Of a stretch of DNA of 64,000 bases, positions 38,417 to 46,037 are shown one piece after another; the stretch's first letter is position 1; every line of letters starts with the position of its first letter. The DNA is taken from assembly GCA_035267185.1 (NCBI GenBank), contig DATFLY010000127.1, positions 27,894 to 91,893 of the forward strand, given 5' to 3'. A program made the position numbers and the translations under genes. The notes beneath the pieces were generated by a model. The model searched no databases and was not told the DNA's origin. It saw only the letters and a list, made by a program, of their open reading frames with translations. Source of the stretch: Lysobacterales bacterium (GTDB taxonomy: Bacteria; Pseudomonadota; Gammaproteobacteria; Xanthomonadales; SZUA-36).

Positions 38417-38434
38417 TAATAAAGAACCATTCAA
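38406..38434 (-). promoter_or_regulatory. Candidate sigma-70 promoter of lexA-imuA-imuB
   Basis: On the minus strand: TTGAAT-N17-TATATT. The -10 element is embedded in the SOS box, and GGAGA lies 9 nt before the ATG. Confidence 0.5.
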
Positions 38435-38451
38435 GCCGTTATTTCCTGGGT

Positions 38452-40197
38452 TTACCAGCCACCGCCACCACCGCCACCTCCACCACCACCAGAGGACCCA
38501 CCACCACCTGAACCAGAGCTTGAGCCGGGAGGTGATGAAGCCGAGGAGATCGCGGATGAAAAGCTGCTGCTGAACCGGTTGCCCATGTCGTTGATTGACC
38601 TGAAGTTGCGCGAGGAGCCGCGATACCAGTTGGGCCTTCCGCCATCCTGGTTGCGCACTTCTTCAGGCATTTCATTCTCGAACCGTTCACACCAGCTGTT
38701 CTCAACGCCCAGCGCATAAGCATAAGGCAGGAAATCCTCGAAAATTTCAGGCGTCAGGCGAGGGGACTCCATTTGTTCCAATCGATCTTCTTCAGCAGTA
38801 TCAAGGTATCGTTTGAAACCCTCGATCTCATCCATGATGCGCCTGCCGGATGGCGTGGGCGCCCGTAACAGGAAGATGAACAGAATGTGTGTCACCACGC
38901 CGAAAAACAAATAAATCACCCAAAGTAAACCACCCCCATGAAAGAATCGGGCGAGGATCATGGTGCCAAAAAATATGATGAATGCAGGTAACAGGTAGCC
39001 CAGGTTGAGACGAAACAGACGTCCCTTGAACTCTGTCGCCAGGTTACTCTGAAGGACCGACTTTGCAGAGCGAAAACGGGAGTGATTGCTCTGCTCCATT
39101 TCAAGGCTGCCCCTGCCGGATGGAAACAAGCTTCTTAAAACGGCACGTTCCGGCCGCGTGGGTGGTTCAGCACCTTCTTCATCCGCCAGCCGTGTGAGCG
39201 TGAAGTCCCCATCATCATCGTCAATCACGAGTTGTTTCTTGATCGCCAGGCTGATGATGGCCGCCACGAAACATGCGCGTCGGAATCCCATGGACAGCAC
39301 GTAACGGCAGGCAGCGGGTGACAGACCCCTGGGTGGTTCAAAGCGGGGAATGATGATTCCGGTCGCCGGATCGCGGCCTGCCTTGTTCCACGACCACAGA
39401 TACCAGGTAAACATCATCAGCCAGCCGATTGTCAGGACAAGGGCAGCACCGTTGTCACTGAGAAACCAGCGAACTCTCTGTCCTGTCGTGGGTTCAGCTA
39501 CCATCCCCTTGGGAAATGCGACGATCACTGACAGGTTTTCCCAGGGGCTGAGGGCACGGGTGGTCTCAAATGTAACCGTCTTGCTGTCAATGATGCGGTA
39601 GTTTGCGTGTGAAGCCCTGGATCCGTAAACGCCGGTATAGGCATTGAGAATCAGGTCATCCGATGACACAGATTCAGGTAGCCTGATGGTAGCGGATGCC
39701 TGGTCAATGTTGAACATCCAGCCATTGCCGGTGACATTCCACCAGAGCTCGTCATATTCCTCGAAGAAACCGAGTTGCCGGGTGGTCTGGTAACGGAAGC
39801 GATAAATATGTTCGCCAGGGTCGAGGAAACGATTTGCGCTACCAGCGTAGATCCTGACCCCGTTTGACATGCTGTCAGTGTGCCAGTCCTCGGGGCGGTC
39901 ATTGCGTGATACTGAAATCACTTCGAACCCTACCCTGTATTGATTTCCGGCCCCGTCCTGATAGCGGGTAGGGAAATCACGATAGATTCCGCGCCGGATA
40001 TTGCTGCCTTCCGCCCGAACATGAATCGTCTCTGTCACATCAAGCTGCCCTTCTTCCAGAATGGTGACATCCGAGTGATAGGAAAGTATTCGTTCATCAG
40101 CAGCCAGTGAAGTGACTGTTATCAACAGTGACAGAAAAACCAGTGGGCGCAAAAAGTGGCTGTTGCAGAATCGTCTCATTTCAATTGGTCTGATCAA
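38452..40197 (-). CDS. DUF2207-domain membrane protein with a Gly/Ser-rich C-terminal tail
   Basis: Signal peptide, then the DUF2207-like N-domain (ILSYHSDVTILEEGQLDVTETIHVRAEG..IRRGIYRDFP), several TM helices, and a tail ending SSGSGGGGSSGGGGGGGGGGGW. The start is at 40197 or 40179. Confidence 0.8.
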   Translation of the reverse strand: MIRPIEMRRFCNSHFLRPLVFLSLLITVTSLAADERILSYHSDVTILEEGQLDVTETIHVRAEGSNIRRGIYRDFPTRYQDGAGNQYRVGFEVISVSRNDRPEDWHTDSMSNGVRIYAGSANRFLDPGEHIYRFRYQTTRQLGFFEEYDELWWNVTGNGWMFNIDQASATIRLPESVSSDDLILNAYTGVYGSRASHANYRIIDSKTVTFETTRALSPWENLSVIVAFPKGMVAEPTTGQRVRWFLSDNGAALVLTIGWLMMFTWYLWSWNKAGRDPATGIIIPRFEPPRGLSPAACRYVLSMGFRRACFVAAIISLAIKKQLVIDDDDGDFTLTRLADEEGAEPPTRPERAVLRSLFPSGRGSLEMEQSNHSRFRSAKSVLQSNLATEFKGRLFRLNLGYLLPAFIIFFGTMILARFFHGGGLLWVIYLFFGVVTHILFIFLLRAPTPSGRRIMDEIEGFKRYLDTAEEDRLEQMESPRLTPEIFEDFLPYAYALGVENSWCERFENEMPEEVRNQDGGRPNWYRGSSRNFRSINDMGNRFSSSFSSAISSASSPPGSSSGSGGGGSSGGGGGGGGGGGW

Positions 40198-40741
40198 GTT
40201 TTACCTCGGGGTTTTCCCGCATGGACGCCAGCTCAATTTCGAAAAACTCGGCCTGGCGAAAACCAAATGCAGTGGCTACCAGCATGGCTGGAAAACTCTC
40301 AACAAAATTGTTGTTGTCCCTGACGCTGCCATTGTAATAACGACGTGAATACTGAATCTGGTCTTCAATTTCCACGAGATTCTCATGCAGCTGAGCAATG
40401 TTCTCACTGGCCTTCAGGTCGGGATAGTCTTCAGCAACCGCAAATAATCGTGCAATAGAACGGGACAGTCCGCTTTCCTTCTCTGCACGCTGGCCTGCGG
40501 GCAGTTCCCTGCTGGCCCGAAGACCGGTGATTCTCTCCAGGGCCGACGTTTCATAAGACATGTAACCCTTAACGGCAGCAATAAGGTTTGGAACCAGGTC
40601 ATAGCGCCGCAACAACTGCACATCGATACCGGACCAGGCTTCATCCACCTGGTTGCGCAACCTGACCATGCGATTGTATGCCCATACCACCCACAGAACG
40701 ATGACCAGGACCACTGTCGCCAGAATAATTATTGTGGACAC
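40181..40741 (-). CDS. lemA: LemA family protein
   Basis: 186 aa with an N-terminal TM segment. YNRMVRLRNQVDEAWSGIDVQLLRRYDLVPNL and ...YYNGSVRDNN matches the LemA pattern. Confidence 0.85.
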   Translation of the reverse strand: MSTIIILATVVLVIVLWVVWAYNRMVRLRNQVDEAWSGIDVQLLRRYDLVPNLIAAVKGYMSYETSALERITGLRASRELPAGQRAEKESGLSRSIARLFAVAEDYPDLKASENIAQLHENLVEIEDQIQYSRRYYNGSVRDNNNFVESFPAMLVATAFGFRQAEFFEIELASMRENPEVKLDQTN

Positions 40742-40746
40742 GCTGC

Positions 40747-42741
40747 TTAATGCTCCTTCTTTGTGCCGGGCCTGAAGCCTTTGACGGCCTGTTTGAAGTC
40801 CTTGAGACCCGGGGGTGTCGGCGAATACCTGTATTGATTATAAAGCGTGGTGATGCGCTCTATTTCCGGGGCATCTGCAGGCAATACCTCGCCTGCTTCC
40901 AGCGCCACGGTCCAGGCCCCTTTGGATGGCCGGGATGAAACGCCAGCCTGCTGGAGTCTCTTGAGAAAACGCAACCAGGTCGCCTGTAGTGGAGTGCGGC
41001 GCATTGGTCCCTGGATTTTCAGAATGAATGGCATTAAGAGTGCCGCCAGGATGCCAAGTACAACCAGCAGAACCGTTACCAGCCGTTTGGGATCCATTTC
41101 CGAGATGCCAAGCGGTTCGAAAATCTTCGCCTGTTCGGCAGCGCTGAAGTCGATGACCCAATCATTCCAGGAGCGCTGTAGTACATCGATTCCATTGCGA
41201 ACCTGCCGGAGCCACTCAAAGTCCAGCATATGTCTTGGTTCAGAAACAGCTTCCAGCGATCCGCTTTGCACCCGTAAGGGCGATACAGCGCCGGTGGGAT
41301 CAATCCGCGTCCAGCCGGATCCTTCCAGCCATATTTCTGACCAGGCATGTGCGTCAGATTGTCGAACCAGCATGTAATCACCGAATTCGTTAAACCAACC
41401 ACCCTGGTAACCGGTAACGACCCTGGCAGGGATATTGGCCATGCGCATCAGCACCGTAAATGTTGAGGAATAGTGTTCACAATATCCGGAGCGTGTATTG
41501 AAGAGGAAGTCGTCAACGGTATTTCGTCCCAGTAATGGGGGATCGAGCATGTAGTGAAACTCTTCCTCATTAAAATAGCGAAGCACACGTTCTGCCAGTT
41601 CACGATCATCAGGAATTTCCTGTCGCCACTGTGATACCAGTTCTCTTGAACGTGGATTAAAACCTTCTGGCAGTTGCAGGGCAGTTTGCCTCAGAACCTG
41701 GCTGAGTTGAGGCGAATCGGCGAAATCCGAATCTGATGCCATGTCATAGCGAAACAGCTGGGTTACAGATTTCTTGCGAAGAATCTGAAAATCCATCGTC
41801 AGGGTACTGTCCGGGGGCACCTGGGTCGGGTAGTCCAGGGCAAACAGCCACTTTCGTTCGTTTGGCTCAAGTTGAATGGTGTAACGATAGTCTGCATCGC
41901 TGTCCTGCGGCCGCTTTCGGGCTTCAATATTGCGGCTCCAGAAATTCGACTCCCACTCCCTTCCATCAAACTCCCACAACACTGGTCCACGCCAGTAGAG
42001 TTCCTGTTGTGAGGGAACCGGTCCTTCGAAATCAACCCGAAATGCAGCCGTATCATCCATGAACAATTGTTGAATTGATCCTGGCGACATGCTGTCTGAC
42101 AATCCCGAACGCGCATCGAGGCTGGATTCAGGAACGCCCCACAGAGGGCTGGTCCAGCGGGGAAACAGAACGAAAAGCGCCAGCGCGGCCGGCAGAGCGA
42201 GTAACAGGATTCTGAAACTGAATCCAAGCTCCGAAATGGCCGAACGACCCAGTGATGGGATTTTGCTCGAATCCACAAATGCTTCACGTCGATGCAACTG
42301 GGCAAGAGCAATTAACGCGGTAGCCACGACCAGCGCTCCGTAAATTGGCATCAACAGGCCCTGGGCAAACAGAAACTGGGTGGCACACAAGAACATGCTG
42401 AAACTCACCACCACTCGTGCATCCCTGACGTAGTAGCTCTCCAGCAATTTCAAAGAAAGCATGACTGCCAGCAGACTCACCGCGGCTGTCCTTCCAAAGA
42501 CGTTGCCGTAAGACATCACCAGCAGAAGCAGGGCAACACCCAGTGCTGTGACACGCATGACAGTGGGCAATGGCTTAAGTCCCTTCTTTTCCGACCACAG
42601 CCGCCAGACAAAGGGCGCCAGTGTGGCAGCGATCAGCCATACAGGCATCCGCCATAGCTGAACTGACAGCGCAATCGCCAGTGTTGCCATGACCCAGATC
42701 ATGGAGCGCGTATCGACGGGGATTTTTCTTTTAGCCTTCAT
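40747..42741 (-). CDS. Transglutaminase-like membrane protein (DUF3488 N-terminal TM region + transglutaminase core + DUF4129-like C-terminus; TgpA-like)
   Basis: Multi-TM N-terminus and a core with the catalytic Cys context (RSGYCEHYSSTFTVLMRMANIPARVVTGYQGG) and DAHAWSEIWL. I place the start at ATG 42741 (MKAKRKIPVD...). Confidence 0.8.
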   Translation of the reverse strand: MKAKRKIPVDTRSMIWVMATLAIALSVQLWRMPVWLIAATLAPFVWRLWSEKKGLKPLPTVMRVTALGVALLLLVMSYGNVFGRTAAVSLLAVMLSLKLLESYYVRDARVVVSFSMFLCATQFLFAQGLLMPIYGALVVATALIALAQLHRREAFVDSSKIPSLGRSAISELGFSFRILLLALPAALALFVLFPRWTSPLWGVPESSLDARSGLSDSMSPGSIQQLFMDDTAAFRVDFEGPVPSQQELYWRGPVLWEFDGREWESNFWSRNIEARKRPQDSDADYRYTIQLEPNERKWLFALDYPTQVPPDSTLTMDFQILRKKSVTQLFRYDMASDSDFADSPQLSQVLRQTALQLPEGFNPRSRELVSQWRQEIPDDRELAERVLRYFNEEEFHYMLDPPLLGRNTVDDFLFNTRSGYCEHYSSTFTVLMRMANIPARVVTGYQGGWFNEFGDYMLVRQSDAHAWSEIWLEGSGWTRIDPTGAVSPLRVQSGSLEAVSEPRHMLDFEWLRQVRNGIDVLQRSWNDWVIDFSAAEQAKIFEPLGISEMDPKRLVTVLLVVLGILAALLMPFILKIQGPMRRTPLQATWLRFLKRLQQAGVSSRPSKGAWTVALEAGEVLPADAPEIERITTLYNQYRYSPTPPGLKDFKQAVKGFRPGTKKEH

Positions 42742-43735
42742 GCAGAGCCAGAATTTTAAGGCAGGCCGCCCTGTGTTCCTCACCCAGGTCAGCTGGCAGG
42801 GCCTCTGTCGGCATTTCAAGACTGTAGGGAATCTGGTGGTGTTCGGCCCTCAATATCCATGCCGTCATGATGGAAAGTTTTTCTTCAACATCCCTGGCCG
42901 GTGTCAGGTACCAGTTAAATTCGCAGGCTTCTTCCCTTGGCGCTTCCATTTCACGTGTGAACAGTTTCTGGTGGCGGGCACTGGTCCGCCAGGCAATTCG
43001 TCTCAGGGAGTCACCTGGCTGGTATTCACGTAAGCCATGAAAATGTTCGCCATCACCTTTTTGCGCCTTTCCATGATCTCCTCTCCCGGTTCGGGGCAGC
43101 GGAGGTGGATTGTGGGCCGGCTCCGGGTATACCAGGCATTCTGCTTCCGGTACGAGTATCGACCAGGCCTTGAAGAGCCCAAAGGGAAAACGGTTTTCGA
43201 TGGCGAATGCTTGCATCTTCAAACGGCCGCGCTTCCATGTTTCGCATTTGAGGTTCAGCTTCAGGGTTTCTTCAGGCAGAAAATCACGACAGTCTCCAAC
43301 GCCTCCCTCGTGCGCTTCGGTGGCGGTGTTCCACCTGGAACAGATGGCGTATCGATTTCGTGATTCGGTGTTTCGGATCAGCACCTGGAACAGTGCATTT
43401 TCACCTGCAAAAACGGGTTCGGCTGCAATTTTCAGTACTGATAGTCCTGCCTGGTTTCGATAGGCCAGAAACATTGTCATCAGGGAAATAGAGATTAGAA
43501 TAAATGCCAGTAACAAGGCCAGGTTGTTGTTGAAATTGAGCGCGCCAATGGCAGTTGCCGCGAGAACGGTCCCGAATCCGACCCCAAACATGGATGGAAG
43601 CACGAAAATATGCCGGTACTCGAAAGTGCGCGGTAGGGTGGTGATGCCCCGTCGACGAACGATGCGCCTGAGCAACCAGCGATCAAATCGCTTTCCAGGT
43701 TCAAATGTCTGAGAAGAGGCCGTAGTGAGGCTCAC
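42731..43735 (-). CDS. DUF58-domain protein (MoxR-associated)
   Basis: 334 aa with two N-terminal TM helices. The FHGLREYQPGDSLRRIAWRTSAR motif is typical of DUF58. GTG start at 43735. Confidence 0.8.
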   Translation of the reverse strand: MSLTTASSQTFEPGKRFDRWLLRRIVRRRGITTLPRTFEYRHIFVLPSMFGVGFGTVLAATAIGALNFNNNLALLLAFILISISLMTMFLAYRNQAGLSVLKIAAEPVFAGENALFQVLIRNTESRNRYAICSRWNTATEAHEGGVGDCRDFLPEETLKLNLKCETWKRGRLKMQAFAIENRFPFGLFKAWSILVPEAECLVYPEPAHNPPPLPRTGRGDHGKAQKGDGEHFHGLREYQPGDSLRRIAWRTSARHQKLFTREMEAPREEACEFNWYLTPARDVEEKLSIMTAWILRAEHHQIPYSLEMPTEALPADLGEEHRAACLKILALHEG

Positions 43736-43742
43736 TGTGAAA

Positions 43743-44699
43743 TCAGGGTATCGGAACCTGCCTCATCAATTCTGCGATCTGCTCGTCCGGCGTGGAATCA
43801 AATCCTGAGCTGGCAATCAGGCGGTGCCTGCCCAGGCCAGGAAATACGGCCTGAACGTCTTCCGGTATCACGTAATCTCGTTGATCGAGGAACGCATAGG
43901 CACGACTCAGTCTGAGCAATGCCAGGCCTGCCCTTGGAGAAAGTCCCGTTTCAAACCATCGTGGATCACGGGTTTCGTGAACCAGTGACTGGATGTAATC
44001 GAGCAGATCTTCACTCACGAATGTTTTTTCACTGTCTTCCTGAAGCGCCATGACATCTTCAGGTGAAAGACAGGGCTTGATCCGTTCGAGCATCCCGGCA
44101 CGATCTTCTGACATCAGCAGTTTGCGTTCCGCTTCCTTGTCCGGATACCCCAGCTTTATGCTGAGAAGAAACCTGTCCAGTTGGGACTCGGGAAGTGGAA
44201 AAGTTCCGATCAGATCAAGCGGGTTTTGAGTTGCCAGTACGAAAAAGGGTCGGGGCAGGGTGTGGGTTTGGTTCTCAATGGTGACCTGGCCTTCGGCCAT
44301 GCCTTCCAGGAGCGCACTCTGGGTTTTTGGTGTTGCGCGGTTAATCTCATCAGCGAGGATGATCTGTGAAAAAATCGGACCTCGGTGAAATTCAAAAGAT
44401 TCTGCATCACGACGATAAATGGAAACACCCAGGATATCTGCGGGCAACAGGTCACTGGTGAACTGAATTCTCTGGTAGTCAGAACCGACGGTTCGCGCCA
44501 TCGCGTTTGCCAGGGTGGTCTTGCCGACCCCGGGAACGTCCTCAATCAGCAAATGACCGCGTGAAAGCAGCCCGCAAAAGGCCAAACGAACCTGCTGTTC
44601 TTTGCCGAGCAGGACTTCATTGACTGTTTGCTGTGCTTCAAGCAGGCCGGCATGTCTTCCTTCCGGTTGCCTGGTTTTTTCAATCACGCTGCTGTTCAC
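43743..44699 (-). CDS. MoxR-family AAA+ ATPase
   Basis: Walker A (GVPGVGKT), Walker B (ILADEINRA), and ATQNP...GTFPLPESQLDRF. Confidence 0.9.
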   Translation of the reverse strand: MNSSVIEKTRQPEGRHAGLLEAQQTVNEVLLGKEQQVRLAFCGLLSRGHLLIEDVPGVGKTTLANAMARTVGSDYQRIQFTSDLLPADILGVSIYRRDAESFEFHRGPIFSQIILADEINRATPKTQSALLEGMAEGQVTIENQTHTLPRPFFVLATQNPLDLIGTFPLPESQLDRFLLSIKLGYPDKEAERKLLMSEDRAGMLERIKPCLSPEDVMALQEDSEKTFVSEDLLDYIQSLVHETRDPRWFETGLSPRAGLALLRLSRAYAFLDQRDYVIPEDVQAVFPGLGRHRLIASSGFDSTPDEQIAELMRQVPIP

Positions 44700-44843
44700 A
44701 AAATTAAGTTCCGTTTTTCAAGTCCGCAAATCACATGAATGACGATTGCTATCGTATTGATTTGACGAATGACTACCCCATTAGTCGGAAAGCTGAATGA
44801 TGCTGAAATCAGTATACCACCAGCAGTCTGATATATTCGCGCC

Positions 44844-46037
44844 ATGGAAGAAGTGGTTAACAACCCATCATCCGGGTGTACAGCTAAACCCTGCACTGGC
44901 CTCGTGCTTCCCGGCGGTGGTGCGAGAGGAGCTTACCAGGTGGGTGTGCTTCGGGCTCTTGCTGATATCTGGTCAGGGTGCGGTGGTACCGGTTCGCCTT
45001 TTCCTGTGATCTCCGGGAGCTCTGCCGGCGCCATCAATGCTGCTGTACTGGCCAGCCACGCTGACAGCATCGCCGAGGCTGCGATCCGGCTCGATCGTTT
45101 CTGGAAATCGCTACATTGTTCAACCATTTATCGAACTGATTCCTGGACAATTCTGACCACCAGCCTGCGATGGATGCTTTCTTTCTCACCGATCATTTCA
45201 GGATTTGTATCTCAGCCGAGGTCCTTGCTCGACAACAGGCCATTGTACGAATTTCTGTCCCGCGAATTGTTGTTCGGTCGAATTAAAGAGTGCATTGACG
45301 CAGGTGCCCTCAAGGGTGTTGCGATAACGGCATCGGGGTATACCTGCGCCTCTGCGATCAGTTTTTTTCAGGCCCGGGAGGGGATTGAGCCATGGAGCAG
45401 GGCGAGGCGTCATGGTCGCGCCAGCAGGCTCAGGACGGAACACCTGATGGGCTCAGCGGCTTTACCGTTTCTGTTTCCGGCGTACAGGATCGGGTCGGAG
45501 TATTTCGGTGACGGCGGTATGCGAATGGTTGCACCACTCAGCCCGGCGATTCATCTCGGTGCCGACCGGCTGCTGGTGATCACTACAAGAGACGAAAAAC
45601 CTGACCCGGAACCGACCGAAATACCGGAATACCCATCCATCGGTGAAGTGGGCGGTTATCTACTGGATACCATATTCATGGATCGTCTGACAGCAGATCT
45701 TGCACGTCTTGAACGCATCAATAAAACCCTCAGGCTGATGAGTCCGGAGCAATACGATCAGACGCCGCTGAACATCATCAATTCACTTGTGATCAGGCCC
45801 AGCGTTGATTTGAGGGATCTGACCAGGAAGCATGCCAGGGACATACCCCGGCCAGTTCGGTTGCTTCTGCGCACACTGGGTGGCTGGGGGCGTGACTGGC
45901 GCATGGCGAGCTATCTGCTTTTTGAGCCGGGTTATGCCACGGAATTGATTGACCTTGGCTATCAGGACGGAATGGCAAAATCTGACGAGGTCAGGGCTTT
46001 CCTTGAAGAACCGGTTGCGGAAACCAGAAAAATCTAG
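44844..46037 (+). CDS. Patatin-like phospholipase
   Basis: Oxyanion motif GGGARG, nucleophile elbow GSSAG, and the catalytic Asp context FGDGGM. Confidence 0.85.
   Translation: MEEVVNNPSSGCTAKPCTGLVLPGGGARGAYQVGVLRALADIWSGCGGTGSPFPVISGSSAGAINAAVLASHADSIAEAAIRLDRFWKSLHCSTIYRTDSWTILTTSLRWMLSFSPIISGFVSQPRSLLDNRPLYEFLSRELLFGRIKECIDAGALKGVAITASGYTCASAISFFQAREGIEPWSRARRHGRASRLRTEHLMGSAALPFLFPAYRIGSEYFGDGGMRMVAPLSPAIHLGADRLLVITTRDEKPDPEPTEIPEYPSIGEVGGYLLDTIFMDRLTADLARLERINKTLRLMSPEQYDQTPLNIINSLVIRPSVDLRDLTRKHARDIPRPVRLLLRTLGGWGRDWRMASYLLFEPGYATELIDLGYQDGMAKSDEVRAFLEEPVAETRKI

Noticed and set aside
38455-38530. A GGN/CCN-rich low-complexity tract (ccaccgccaccacc...), considered as a possible VNTR, CRISPR-like or slippage repeat.
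   Set aside because: It is in frame and encodes the Gly/Ser-rich C-terminal tail of the DUF2207 protein. There is no spacer/repeat periodicity. It may be prone to length variation, but it is not an independent element.
42742-42819. A longer transglutaminase ORF start at 42819, overlapping DUF58 by 89 nt.
   Set aside because: The conserved TgpA-like N-terminus (basic stretch followed by the first TM helix) begins at ATG 42741.
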